NCBI GenBank assembly: GCA_002633005.1
Contig: NMRA01000164.1
Location: forward strand, 558,489-622,488
Source of the DNA: Phoronis australis
Lineage: Eukaryota; Animalia; Phoronida
Direction of reading: 5' to 3'
Length of the DNA: 64,000 bases
The position numbers and the translations under genes were made by a program. Below, one piece after another: positions 1-13,226 of the stretch (position 1 is its first letter; every line of letters starts with the position of its first letter). The notes under the pieces are model-generated. The model had not been told where the DNA came from, searched no databases, and saw only the letters and a list, made by a program, of their open reading frames with translations.

Positions 1-319
1 AATTAATTATAATTGTAATTATTCAGACTATACATGTGACGCTGTGACCAAGTTGCAAAACACCCATTATAGTAAATGAGATATGCTGCATTGAATAAAA
101 ATGCCTACAAAATTGTTTATTCCCCTCGAATTGACATATTTTATTGCTGAAATTGGTGAGGTCCAAGACTTACTCAAAAAGATTTAGGACATATTAACAT
201 CAGGCTAAAATCAAGTAGACTTTGCACTGCTTTGTTAGTATGTCTTCATAACAAGGTGAAGGCCAACATATTTTGAACTTTCCACTGCATTCTAGAGTTG
301 CTTTCTGTTTCCATTTCAG

Positions 320-3300
320 GAGCGAGAGCCCTCCTTTGAGCGACCTCGCCATCTACGTAACCACAGACTTAGAGTGTCTCCCTCACCTGACAGGTATGTT
401 ATAGGTGTTTTGCTAGATTATGGAATGCTTACTCGACAGCCATGCCGTTTTTAAACATTGAGGACTAAATTGATTCTTGTCACCAAATCCATTAATAACA
501 TTGTAATTAGTGTTTATGCAGTCTCACTGTTTCTGTAATGAACCTGTTTTACGAATTGAGATACTCAACAGTGGTGTCCTGGGCCCGGTCTCCAATCTTT
601 TTACTCGAAATGGAACTCGAAATTAGGTTTGGCATTTTCTACTCTACTTTTGGGCGAACTCAAGATAAGTGTCTATTATTCTATGCTCGAGTACATAATA
701 ACATACGTAGATAATTTATTGCCCATAGTTCACACTTTGTAAAACCCAATATTAAAGCAATAAGTTCGAGTTTGAACTCGAAATTTCGAGTTTTTACTCG
801 TGTTTGTAGCACGAGTATAAGGGTCTTCAAGGGCAAACTTGAACTAGAAACTCCTATGCATAAACTATAATGTATTCGAGCACAGTCTGATAACCAATTA
901 TCTTAAGTTCGCTCAAAAGGAGCAGAGAAATTGCAAAAAATAGTTTTGAGTTCGTTTCGAGTACAAAGATTAGAGACCGGGCCCTGGTTCCATTGCAGTA
1001 CCTGATCACTGTTAGTTGGTCTTGTTTCACTCATTATTGCTTCTCACTTTTCTAGTCGTGTCAGGCGTAAACAGCGTGAGAGTCGAGAGGAGGTGCCTGT
1101 ACGTGATGGTTCAGCGCCTGTGAAGTCATCGGTCAAGGGAGACGAGTGGCATGACCCCTGGCAGAGAACAAATAAGGACCAGAAGGTCAAGAAAAAGGGA
1201 AGGTCACGCAGCGGTTCTCGTGGTCGCCGACGGGGGCGCTCCAGCAGTTACTCATCTTGGTCATCAAGGTCGGTCTTTTTTCTATATTTATTTTTTTTTG
1301 TATTTGTTTAGCTCTCCTGCAGTTGTCTGACAGGCAGTTATTACTTGGCATTCGCTTCTTACGTGTGGCAAAAACATTGTACTTTTGTGAATTCAAAAAC
1401 AGTTTCAGAAGCTATGCTATTTTTGTACCGTTAACCAGTATGATCTGATCTTTTGTCAAAATAGTGAGCATAAACGCAACATTTTATATGTTTAGTCAGC
1501 CTGTGTAGGTATACGTTTATTTGTTTTGTTCATGTTTTTCTTCCGCACGGCATTAGTGTTGGGAGTGGTGACCTTTGAACCCATTCCTAGGTGTTGAAGT
1601 TGTGATTGTTAGTGTTGTGTTACGTTTTGTTGCGGTTATGTTTTCAGATCGTCATCGCGCTCATCTTTTTCATCATATAGTAGCCGTTCATCCTACAGCA
1701 GATCATCTTCATCATATAGTTCACGGTAAGTAGGCTAGAGGCAGCTGTTGGCAACCTGCATGTTAGATGTCCTCACTTCCTGACATCGTCGAGCGATTAG
1801 TCTGTCACCATTGTTAAACCGAGTGCATATATGTTAAACTTGTGACTTGAATGGATGGACTAACATCCAGAAAGTGCAGAAAATGGTTACATTGTACCTC
1901 AAGTGTATGGCTATGTCACATTGGAATTTCAGGTATGCCGAGTGCATTGTTACTTGGTGCATCATATCACTGAAGCGACATTTACATTTATTTCTTGTGA
2001 CAAAGGTTGCATTGCAGGGTTTGACTTTAGCACATAATAAGGGGCAAATGCCCCTGATTTTGCTAATTTTGCTTGTAGGTTTTGAAACAAGAAGTTCAAA
2101 ATGCTTCTCCTAAGCATGCATTGTGGTGTGAAGTCATTGAGAAATTTTATTTTTCGTTAATTTGCTTTTGTCACAGTTTTTTAGTTCATTTCAAGCACTG
2201 TGCCAATCACTTGCTGTGTATTTTTTACGTTCACTTAATTATAGTGTTTGTGATTCATTTATAATAGTGCTCTGGTTGTTCATTTCTTGGCTGTTTCATT
2301 TTACAGGTCTTCAGCTAGTCGCTCACCCTCACCCTCTCAAAGAAGGAAGGTCGCAGCGAAGCGACCGCTGCAGACTAAGCCTTCGTAAGTGTGGGAACAG
2401 ATCAGTTTCAATGGAAAAACACTACCAACCCATAGTATTTTCAAACTTTGAATAGCTGTATATAACGGTAAAATTGATGTGCCGCTAACTGCAAAACACT
2501 TGCAGTACCCAGGCAATGTTGTTTCATTATCAATTCTCTCAGTTTTCAAGGTTTGTTGAAACATAGTGGGACTGTATGTGCCTCAGTGAAAATGTTTCTA
2601 AATATAGTTTGTTCACCAGGGCTTGGAATTTTTCCTCTTTAAAAAGGATTTTCTCTTATTTGATTTCCAGTTTCGTATTTCTTCGTCTCATTTTTATCAT
2701 TGTTTTGACTTTATTCATGCAAAACCATTTATTTCAGTTAAATTTTACAACACAAAAATTATTTGTATCTCATGAGCCTATTGATTTGTGCAACGATAAG
2801 TTATCTGGAAAGTTTTCCTCTTTTTTGTCATTGGTCATTCCAAGCCCTGGTGCTATCAATACCGTTCTTGGGAGCAGTGCATAAAGTATACAATATCTAA
2901 AGTTTTTTTGAGTCCGATCATTCATGGCTGAGATATGATATGAAGTTTGCTGAATTTTGCAAACACCTCTACTTTGCTTTGTATTCATTATTACGCTGTT
3001 AACTTGTTTCCAATTTGTCCCCATAGAGAGCCTCCACGAAGTACTGTCTTGGTGAAAGCTGCACCGCCTCCTGCAAATGTCAAACCCCTTGACAAGAGGC
3101 GGCTGGGGGACAGCATATCAAAACCAGTGGACAAGCCTCCTGGAAAAGGTTAGCTTCATTGCTGGAAATTGTTGCAGCGGCGTGTTTTTTTCAAAAATCA
3201 TTTTTAGTCTTATTCTTTTCTTTTGTCCTATGGGACATCTGAAAACATTTGGTAGTGTAAATTTATGTATAGCTTTCCGTGTTGATATGATATAGCTAGG

Positions 3301-6300
3301 GTTGGACACTGGTAAACAAGTAATGGCACATATCACTTAAAAATTAAAAATGGTAACATCCTGATTTATAGAGCAAAAATACGGGTACATTAGGTAAGGT
3401 AGAGAATTTGCATTATCAACAGTTTTACGTTGCTTCATGAGTGATCCTGGGTCGGCATGTCTTGAAATATGACTTAGTCCATGGACTAAACATTTTGGCA
3501 AATTATCCAATTACATGAAAATAGTGCTAGAATATAGATATGGTTAAGAAAATATTGATATTTACAATCAGTGTGCTGGCCTAGATTTAACTATTTCAAC
3601 ATTATGCTTGTTAGGTCCTGTGAAAGGCCCCGCATCTACACGAAGTTCAGCGGTTAGTCAGAAAGGTCCTAGTGTTGCGAAACCTACCTCAGCTACAAAA
3701 CAGGCGATGCCCTCTGCTGGAAGAACTCAGTCGACCACAGCGAAGGCCAGTGTACCAGCTGGTAACGGGAAGCCCAGTGCACCGGGCAAGCCCAGCAAAC
3801 CCATTAGTCCTACAAAGGCCCCCAAGCAGACGTCAGCAGGCGACAGGGGGCGTCCAGGCACAAAACAACTAAGGTATGGGTACCATTATTTTAATGAATT
3901 GCAGAAATATATTTACGTCTATTTTCGGCTGTCGCTGTTTTATGAGAGCATAGGCAGCTTCAACCATTAACATGTTATTTCAGCACGCAGCTTCTGAAAA
4001 TAGCAAGAATGGACAAATATTGAAATTAAAAAATTGTCAATAATATGCTCATGATGGCTGTGCTGTTATTGTCGACTACAAAGGAATCTGAAGCAGTACT
4101 GCTTGAACGCAGTGTATATAAAACTTTCCTGTTTTGTTTCTGGAGAGCTGGATAACTCATACATGAGCAGCTGTCTCAAAAGCCAACCTGATGTCGAATG
4201 TCTTAATATTCTCAAGTCAATCTTGGTCTGTTTTTGGAGCAATGTAGTTGCAAAATCTTCTGAGTGACATGTGTTCCAATTTCTGTATGTTGATTAATTC
4301 GTTGGTTTTCAGGAAACGTCGCAGTCCCAGTTCCAGTGGCAGCAGTAAATCTGGCTCATCCAGCAGTAGGTCAAGGTCGCGTAGTTCCAGCGCCTCATCA
4401 TTCAGTAGTTTTACTGGCAGCTCAAGTGATAGTGCTGATTCAGACGATCTCTATGGCGACATTGCACCTGTGAAGCGGAAAAGTGAGTCATCCTTCATTG
4501 GATGGGCTATGATTTTGTTTATCACTGTTGAAGTTACAGAAATCACTAGGTGTTTGCATAGTTGCATTTTTTAGTCAACAATTGTTGGCTTAGTAGTACA
4601 CCAAATTAAAGTTTATAAATTGTTTTGATTGGTAAAGTAGCAAAACAGTTATGATGTTCACCATCTCAGTGGGTAGTTCTGTGACTATTTTTGTTGTATT
4701 ATATCTTTCATTCATAGATTTTTCTTTTAAGAATGCTTTATTTCTGTGTTATAGGTCGAAAGACGGTGGACAAGTCTAAAAAGCCAGTACCACCACCATC
4801 ACAGCCATCAGCACCACCTGTGGACAGCACAGCTAAACCAGATAAACCCGAGGCCGCTAAACCTCCCAAGACCAAAGAGAGGCAGCCTGGCGTTAAGGTT
4901 ACAACAAAAGGAACGTCAGCGCCGAGCGCGTCACAGCCGGCTACTATGAAGGCTAAGGATCCCCTGAAGGTCCAGGGACAGAAGTCGGCCATTAAGTTGA
5001 CCCTTATTAGCAAGGTAAGTTGTTGCAAGGTAACCAGGTCTCCATTACAAACAGAAGCTGGGTGTCTATGACTTGGCAGGTCTGGAGCGAATGATTGATA
5101 ATGACAATTTTTATTGTTTGTTATTGTAGCTTTGGCATTATTGGTGAACATTGGTTCTCTATAGAATGCCGTTCTCTAGTAAAGGCTGTTTGAAATTAAT
5201 AGGTGCCTGGATTTTATTAGAAGATTTAGTTTACTGTGTCTTGGCAAAGTTTAGATGAAGCTAAGCTAATATTCTTCAATTAGGGACAAAAATCATTACT
5301 GACATTGGTATTTTTCTTTTTTGACAGCTTACTAAGTTGTTGCAGATGCTCAAATTCTTAAATATTTGGTGACAGCTGCACTGTACAAAGGATGTTGAAA
5401 GCAATGTAAATTTCCTGTAGAGTTATTTTGTCCGCAATTTTGTGTTCCTAACTGAAGACGTTTTACCATAGGTTAACGGTCTTATTATGTTTAGGTTTTT
5501 CATGTAGTTGTGCATGATCATCTTATGTTCTGTGTTGTGGCACCATGCACAATGAACTCATGAGATGATGAACACCCTATGTTAAGGTCGATGTCGTTGT
5601 TTGCAGCCAACTCCTGCACAGATCATGAGCAAGAAAAGAGGTGCTGTTGAGGAGGCGTTCCAGCAGCCTGCAGCCAAGAAACAGGCCGTCTCTGCCAAGC
5701 CAGAAAGAGGTGAGCAGTGGGTTGTGTTAGTTGTCATAGCGTCATTGCGTAGTAGTCTGTCTCTGACAATTCAATCTGTTTCATGGGAGACCTAGAAAGT
5801 AATGAACTCGTGGAAAACAACAAAAGGTTAAAAACTAGTGGAAAATCTGATAAACAAGAAACTCTTCATTTTGCAAGTCATGTCATAAGTTCGTGGGCTC
5901 GGGTATGGTGAGCAAAAGCTGATGTGCATCCAACTTTTTATTTGAGAAATAACTCATGGCCAATGAAGATTATATACTGGAAATCTTTTGGGAAATGAAA
6001 TGACAATTTGAGTTGGAATCATGTTTAAGGGAAAGGTTATGGGATTATACTTCTTTGAAACCGGAGTTTCTTTATATAAGGTTATAGGATTGCCACCTTA
6101 TCTTTCATGATGAAGATTTGGTGCAAGGGAGTGACGTCAATGCTGTGAAACTGAATCAAGTTGACCCACTGTACTCAACTCATATGCTTTTCTTGCTTTC
6201 AGATCAAAAGAATGTTAAGGAAAATACCAGTAAACCAACAAAGAGTGCTGCAACTGCAGCTAAACAACCTGAGAAGGTGGCGGTGAAGCGGCCCGCTTCT

Positions 6301-6456
6301 CCATCGGCTAAAGCAGTCAAGACAGCCCCAGTCCAGAATAAGGTCGCCATGGCGAATGTTTCCAAGAAGAGCACATCTTCACGTCGGGAAGAACTGTTGA
6401 AACAGCTTAAAGCTGTTGAAGACGCTATTGCAAGAAAACGGTCCAAACTAACATAG
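320..6456 (+). CDS. ZC3H18: Zinc finger CCCH domain-containing protein 18, 3' part (10 exons; 5' exons lie upstream of the window)
   Basis: Phase-consistent GT-AG exons: 320-393, 1056-1268, 1648-1725, 2307-2384, 3027-3148, 3615-3873, 4313-4482, 4755-5014, 5607-5709, 6203-6456 (TAG). Motifs recalled from ZC3H18: DEWHDPWQR, RS/S-rich tracts, IKLTLISK and C-terminal SSRREELLKQLKAVEDAIARKR. Confidence 0.9.
582..983. mobile_element. PIF/Harbinger-like MITE in a ZC3H18 intron
   Basis: Terminal inverted repeat GGCCCGGTCTC...GAGACCGGGCC continuing as an imperfect ~85-bp inverted repeat; 3-bp CTG duplication at 579-581 and 984-986. Confidence 0.85.
2617..2849. mobile_element. hAT-like MITE, copy 1 (same family as 44013-44493)
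   Basis: Termini CAGGGCTTGGAAT...ATTCCAAGCCCTG; 3' end TTTTTTGTCATTGGTCATTCCAAGCCCTG is shared with the copy ending at 44493. Confidence 0.7.
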
Positions 6457-7326
6457 CATCCATTTTGAATTTCCTACAACATTTCACTTTCAATTATCAC
6501 AGCATACCGTCCGGCATCTGTTCATTTTTTTGAAAACCTCTTGAAGGATCATAATGAAATTTGTCGCAGAGTTTAATGGCATCAGCAGCAGAAGATTTTC
6601 ACTCGGATTCAACTACCGTGGCTCCCTGTATTGGACATTTTAGTTTTCATCAAGAAATTCCTTGTCTGTCAATTTTTGCCGAAAAACTACTGGACAAATT
6701 TTGCCGAAATTTGACACAGAGTTATGTTGTGGCCATTTTAGTTTTGAACAAGAAATTTCTTCTGTCAGTTATTGACCATGAAATTACTTATAATCACCCC
6801 TAGAAGCATACCATTTGCGGTGCAATCATGGGCACCTTTCAACGCTTTGCGTTGCTCATGTTAAGCTGATCTCTTGGTGACTGCTCTTATTGTTAATATC
6901 ATACAGGATTTGTACAGATTTTGTTTATCTTGTTATTTGTCTATTGTTTGTCACAGCTGAGTGTGAGTATGTATATCTTGGTATTTCTGTTATTGCTCCA
7001 CCATTTAGTTGAAAGATTCCTTGTTAGGTTGTCAAGTTAACGCTACTCAAGTGAACAATGTACTCATTTGTGTAAGTCAAGGGGAATCATGAGGGACATT
7101 TCTTAATGCATGTGTGCAAAAATCTTTTTATCGGAATGCACTGTAGACTTTTTATGATGAGGAGTAAACGTTACATAACTTTCTTATTCATTAATGCTAG
7201 ATGTGCTGCGATAGACTTCATTTGTTCCAGATTGAAGTAGGTTATTTTATCTTAATTTAACCCTATTGCTGTAACATGTGGTTTTTAAACAAATTTGTGA
7301 TGATGCACCTCTTGTGCAATGAACAG

Positions 7327-7551
7327 GGGCCTGTTTCACTGAATAGTCGGTAGTTGGCCGTGATTTTAACTTGGGCCATGACTTTGTCAATGCTTCGCTA
7401 TAAGTAGATGTTATAAGGTTATACCTTAAGTATACGTTGAATTCTTTTACACCAATTTTAAAGGTTAGAACACGGTAATTAAATTCTTGCGGCATTTGTA
7501 AATCGGTCTTTCCACCAAAAAAGAACTCAAGTACCTCGGTGAAACCGGCCC
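7327..7551. mobile_element. Harbinger-like MITE in the presumed ZC3H18 3' UTR
   Basis: Imperfect TIR GGGCCTGTTTCAC...GTGAAACCGGCCC; target-site duplication not intact. Confidence 0.5.
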
Positions 7552-8439
7552 GTACTGCAGTACTTTGAACTTGATATTGGAAGGTGCTGTGTAAGTTGGC
7601 CTGTGGAACTTGTGACTCTTTGTGGCTGGTGTTGGTTCTTTAATGTAGGGGTTTACTCATTCAGTGTCAACAGTTTCGCCTCCCCCCCCCCCNCCCCCCC
7701 CCCCTTCCCTAGATTCGTCATTAGTACTCTTCAGATAGAGATACTATTTAATTCCGTGAAAAATGTTGTTAGTAAACCTCAGCATGCTACTTCATTTTAG
7801 AATATTTTTTGCAAAGTGATGTATATACCTGTAAATTTAAGAGTTGGTAGGAGTTCCAAGGGTTAGCTGTACATTTGAAAAGGGAGCTCTTGTATAAATG
7901 TGATGGTTTAGTATCATTACTTACTGTTTTTGCTTTCTATCGGAATTTCTAACTTAATAGTTTCTTTATTGAAGGGCCCTTTGAGCTGTAGCATTTTGGA
8001 TTTTGCTTTTTTTGTTACTTTCCATTCATTTTTTATTAACAAAAATATTTTAGTGCTATGTTTCGGCAAAACTGCTCTGGCTCTAAACGCATCACTATAT
8101 AGATATGTCATGTATCAGAAAGGCCTGGTCGGTTTCTTCAGGTGCTTGTGTGTTGATTCTTCAAAGTTGGTTAGAAATGAGTAGATTGAGATCTCCCATA
8201 GTCGTACATACAAACGTGTGGCTGTAGGATGTCGTGCAAATGTCTCCTTAACACACCATCTCGTCTGTACAATATTGTAAAAAGATAATGATAGAAAAAA
8301 GATAATAAAAGAAAAAAAGAAAACACGACTTGCTGGTTATTGGAATTAAAGGTGAGCACCCATGTAAAACACTTTAGTAAAAACAAGAAGGAAATTTTTC
8401 TAACAGCGTGCGTTTAGCTTTGATTATTCGATGCATAAC

Positions 8440-8445
8440 AATAAA
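8440..8445 (+). terminator. Candidate poly(A) signal of ZC3H18
   Basis: AATAAA near the end of the T/G-rich stretch after the stop codon; another AATAAA lies near 8303. Confidence 0.35.
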
Positions 8446-9683
8446 CTTTGAGGTGTTAGGGCATTTAACTTAAAGTATCAAAGTTAAAAGTACAAGTGGT
8501 GGACTAAAAGTGCTCAAACATTCTTTTGTACAAGATATGTACATATGCTATGGACCCATGGCTGCCAGCGTCTAAGTGGAGCTTTTTATTGTTAAGAACA
8601 GCAAGTACAAAAAATGAAAGCGCGCTGAGGAGCCTCAGGTGAAGTCCACGAAACCAGCGACCTCGACGTCTATTACACCAGCGTACACTAATTGATAAAC
8701 CATTAAAAAACGGCTTTGAGGAATCCGTCAATAAGACAGTCATCAAATAAAATAAATCTCGAGAACCTGACGGTAAGTCATCACGCATTGCAGGTAGCCT
8801 TTAAAGAGATCTATTAACGTAACAAATTAGAGGAGGTTCGGTCAAAGGATTGCAAAGCTAGAGTTCCGCAAATTTATATGACGGGAAATGCGATCTCTAC
8901 CACAAATTTGATGGGTCAACAAAGTGCAGCTGGAAATAAGTTAATAAAAGCACAGTCATCTGACCAGTAAATATCAATGATCTCGGGATCGGCAATAGGT
9001 CCTAGTGAGAAACGCATTTCACAATTATATAACAGTGGAGAAGATCTATTCACTTACCAAATTTAAACTAAATACGTGATGGGCGCCTGAGATCCTGCAA
9101 AAAACTCAGTTAATTGGAGAGCAGATAGAAAATCCCCAATAACTTACGATTGAGAGCGGTAAGTCCTATCGAAATGGAGCACTTCCGACAGCCCGTGAAA
9201 TGATCTATCGACAGAAAATCAGAAAATGCATCCACTGGAGAGATAGCGGAGCCACGGCTCTGCAAACAAAAACGTCAAAAAATGGTGTGAAAGACGCCAT
9301 TTTCAAGGCTTCGAGCTATTCAAATCACACATAATGTTTTGAATTCCACATTGATCGGATGCGAAAGGCGATCTGCAGCGTAAGAACAAAGACACAAATA
9401 AACAAACCCATTTTTTGATGATACAGCGGTAGATTTTGGAAAAATTCTATTCACCATGTACTCATGGCTCGAAAAGTTCTTTATAAGTTAAATGTTCCAT
9501 TCTGTATACGGGCTACACGTACATCCAGTTGAAAGATTCTTTTTTTGACGTGAAACAGGACCATTTTGTTCTAAATTCCACAAAATTGCCATTTTTACTA
9601 TTAATGCATTTTTTCTTTTTCGTACTAAATTTTAAATTTTGAGCGAATAATTCGATAGCAAGCCTATCTTTGTATAAACGATC

Positions 9684-9794
9684 TCGTGCGTGCGTGCGCC
9701 CGCGTGTGTTTGCGGGCGCTCGCATGCGTGCGTGTCAGCGTGTACGTGTTTGTTGGCGTGTTCGTGTGTTTGCATGTGCTTGTGGGTATGTGTG
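9684..9794. repeat. Degenerate (GT/GC)n low-complexity tract
   Basis: Run of GTGC/GTGT/GCGT units. Confidence 0.7.
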
Positions 9795-10888
9795 ATACTT
9801 TGCTAAATCTAAAACCAAGTTAGCTGCTGAATATCTTTGATCAAATTTTAAAAGTAGTTTAATGATGTTATCTGATACTATAATTTAGAGAAATACCGAA
9901 CACCTACACAATTCCAGGAACCTTTTGTGCAATCAACAAAACGTATATGTAGTGCGGGAATCCGAATTTCAACTTGAAATGATAAAAATTTGTTCTAACA
10001 ATTATATGTATCAATTGGAAGCATCTGAACTGAACGTGGGCTTGTAGAAGCGTTTATCGATCATGTTTAAATAGAACGTTTCCTCATAAAGTATCGATAC
10101 CGACGTCAGATGATACTTAACTTGGGATTTTGATGTTACATACAACTGTTTTACAAAGTGGTCGAAATTTTCTTTTCACTATTTCCCTTTTTCCCATCTA
10201 TATTTATCAAGCCAAAGGACAGTGTAGTAAGCAAATCTTTGTTTTTGAAGTTGACGTACTGAACTAAGTTAATTTTTATCTTGGAGTATTAGCCTTCCGA
10301 ATGGCTAAAAAGCGTTTTTGTCATGATTACGTGAAAAATGAAAAAGGATTTATTGAAATATTCATAATCCAGAAAGCACACCACTTTCAGGTAATAAATA
10401 AAATAATATTTTACACCCTTATCATCCCATAGCCGGTGTCAAATATTTTGTATTTTGTAGTTTTCCCAACTTTGCATTGTATGATACTACAAAGGCGGAT
10501 AGTAACAGTTTTATGAAAGAAAAACAATAGACCATAGCGTCATCACCCGGTGTGTCTGTGAAAAAAAGAATAGAATGTCATTATTTCAAACAAAGTCATA
10601 ATTCTTTATCAAAACGATTTAGTTTTCGCAGTCCCCGAAGTAGTATTGCCGTCAATAGAAATCAAGGGATTTATTGTAATAGAAATTCAACGTATGAGGG
10701 AACACAAATTAAATACGCCCGCACTCATTTCAGTTTTTGTGACTCTGCGTCAAGTACCAGCAGGAAATGAGTGCCTTTGTTTCCTTTTTAGTTGCAGAGA
10801 AAGATAAATTATATTACTTTCGAATATAAAGTTTTTATTACAAAATTTCTGGAGTATAGTTGGTACTCGAAAACAATCTGAAACATCG

Positions 10889-11253
10889 GCTGTGCGTGAA
10901 CTTGGAATCCTGCTTAAACTCAAGATCGCGTATGCGTGAACTTGGAATTGAATGTTCATTTGGGCAATCAGATGAAATTTTTTGTTCAGTGTAAAGAATT
11001 TTTGTAATTATTGGCCTCGTGATCACCCATTTTCTCCTTTACACGATAACTTGTGTCAAGGAATCGCCGAGAGGAACTTATGGTTAAATCATGAATTATT
11101 CTTTGATGAATAAATCGCCTTAAGTGGAAAAAAAATTGGATAAAATTTACGTTATTTTATCAACATGTGATTTGATTTAGTGCAGTGCAATTTTTATCAA
11201 CATGAACGTGATATTTGTGAAGTTTCCTCCTGTATTCCAAGTTCACGCACAGC
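10889..11253. mobile_element. MITE with perfect 20-bp TIR just upstream of the putative MRPL36 promoter
   Basis: GCTGTGCGTGAACTTGGAAT at 10889 and its exact reverse complement ending at 11253; flanks AACATCG / AACATCA resemble a target-site duplication. Confidence 0.75.
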
Positions 11254-11269
11254 AACATCACTTACATGT

Positions 11270-11356
11270 GTTCTACAAGGTGGCGCTTCGATCTACGTTA
11301 TAACACATTCTCACAAAACTGCCTATTATTTCTCATGCCATGGAAGTGAGGTGAGA
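11270..11356 (+). promoter_or_regulatory. Putative promoter and non-coding first exon of MRPL36
   Basis: AGGTGGCGCT motif near 11278; donor-like GAG|GTGAGA at 11351; an acceptor (TTTCAG, ending 12784) sits 5 nt before the MRPL36 ATG, so an upstream UTR exon is expected. Position inferred. Confidence 0.4.
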
Positions 11357-11539
11357 TTGAAAAGTACGGTTATGCTTTGCTGTCCATTCAGCTTGGAACA
11401 AGTACTACAGATTCCAATGAATTGTTTTGTATTTAGTTAAAATATTACATTTAGAATAACGCCCACATCCGTTCGACCCCAGTGTGCAAGTTGCCGTGCA
11501 ATCTGAATCTGATAAATAGTCCGATAGGTAACACACTTG

Positions 11540-12440
11540 ACTAGATAGCCAGACAGCTAGCTGTGCCTGTGTATGAGTGTATGTCTGTATGAAGACTATC
11601 GTCAAAATCAAAATACAGCTAGGTACCACTGTGTGTTTTTCTTCCATAAACCCCGAAATTGCACAGGGTAGTTATGCTCGTCACCTCACTGTGAAATTTG
11701 CTTTAACATGTAAAGCTAAAGACCGGACGGGGTGCATGCAAAATTTGGGAGTCAACTGACACTCACCTTGCCCATTACAACCCTTTAAGTTAAAAACAAT
11801 GCAACAAACGTCATTTTCTTGCGTCATTCTCGGTCTTTTGTAGCAATGAAAAGTATATTGTCGTTTTGAAAACAGTACGCTCGTGTCACGCACACACACC
11901 ATTTCCTAAATTTTGCGACAACTTCGCAGCAGCAAAATTTGTTCTGTGGAAATTCGGTTTTTCGGTATCGAAATTCTAAAAACTTATCATGAAGTGAAAC
12001 CAGTTCCAATAATTTGTTGCGACGTGTATGCAACCTCGTGATAGAACAACAGTTGATTGACGAATCGGGGAAAAAAGAAACTGGCCAATAGGTGATGCAA
12101 TATTTCATGGCGCCGAAAGCCGACGCAGAAGTTCGCTCTGCAACTTTAGCAGCAGAATAACGGTAGAACGCCATTTTTTCTAACACCGTTAAATAATTTA
12201 GTTTACTCAAGGAAGACTATAGTTTTTAATGACACTAATTTTGTGTCAGATTTTATCTTACCACTTTTTTACCCACATCGGTGCAAAGCTGTATGTTTAG
12301 TATGAATGCCACAGAGAAACAGGGTTCTTAACCAGCCAACCAAGGAGCTCTGTGTTGCCAAGCCTGACTAGAGTTGGTGAAGCTCCTGTAAGCGCTTCAT
12401 ACGCTGGAAGCATTTCGGCAAATTATGCCTCACAGTCACA
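11540..12440 (+). repeat. Repeat family A, copy in the putative first intron of MRPL36
   Basis: Colinear with 35996-36998 (+) and reverse-complementary to 28378-29025 and 29127-29715/35238-35400; starts with GCTA/GCCA-like units then TATGAAGACTATCG. Confidence 0.85.
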
Positions 12441-12788
12441 CTGAATAAAACATCAAAGTCCCGTTGTCATAAGTACAACCATTATGTTGAATTCGAATCA
12501 TGTCAAAAGCAGGTCACTCCACTTGACTTGTTTGAATAACTGAAGAATTTATTGCAGAGTAATTGAATACAGTGTTTGGTCATCAACTTTTGTGTCTTAC
12601 CTTCTAATAAAGAAAAGTTAAAAATTTTACTTGATCGGTAAGACCCCCATTCTTTGACAAAACTTTCGCATATGTTTCCAGTGACCTAGTTACGTGATTT
12701 CGATTGAATTCGAAAAGTTCAAAATAATGCACCAGCTTCAGTGTTATAATTTTGTCTCTTATGAATATTTCATATCTATTTCAGGAAA

Positions 12789-13226
12789 ATGACCCACCTT
12801 CTAATTTCACTTCAAAGGAGTGTAATTGGCACTCAGGTGTCAAGTGTAACAAAGAGATCAATGTCCAAACTGTGTATGCAACCAGTTAGGGCAAATCTGA
12901 CTGCGGCCTGCTCCACAACGAGTGCTGTGGTCTCTAAAACTGCCATCGACTCGGGTACCAGAATCTTTGGTCAGGTCATGATGTCACCTTTCCTCAGAAC
13001 ATTTAGCGTGTACTCGTCTGTCAGAAAATGGTCGCGATTACTTTGTCCGCTGTCAGTTACGATTGGTCAAGAAAGGACTTATAAAGTAAAAGTTTCTCTG
13101 AAAAAGCGGTGCAAATATTGTTATTTCGTCAAAAGGCAAAACCGGTTATTTGTGGAGTGCAAAGACAAACCACGACATAAACAGATGCAAAGGATTAACA
13201 AGAAGAACTTATTCAGGGACAACTAG
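12789..13226 (+). CDS. MRPL36: Mitochondrial ribosomal protein bL36m (L36)
   Basis: 145-aa ORF. C-terminal [37 protein letters not shown] is the L36 zinc-ribbon signature (CxxC...C...H); the long S/T/R-rich, acid-poor N-terminus fits a mitochondrial presequence. Confidence 0.93.
   Translation: MTHLLISLQRSVIGTQVSSVTKRSMSKLCMQPVRANLTAACSTTSAVVSKTAIDSGTRIFGQVMMSPFLRTFSVYSSVRKWSRLLCPLSVTIGQERTYKVKVSLKKRCKYCYFVKRQNRLFVECKDKPRHKQMQRINKKNLFRDN

Noticed and set aside
4738-5151. Antisense ORFs overlapping exons (also 6204-6446, 39760-39972, 41974-42276)
   Set aside because: Shadow frames of real coding exons with no independent support.
7681-7710. Poly-C tract as a G-quadruplex element
   Set aside because: It contains an N, so its length and sequence are unreliable.
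11824-12210. Protein family encoded by repeat family A (similar ORFs at 28503, 29253, 36590)
   Set aside because: Frames break at different places in each copy; the similarity reflects the DNA repeat, not a conserved protein.
12789-13226. Horizontally acquired bacterial rpmJ or a retrocopy
   Set aside because: Long presequence-like N-terminus and a splice acceptor just before the ATG fit the normal nuclear MRPL36 layout.
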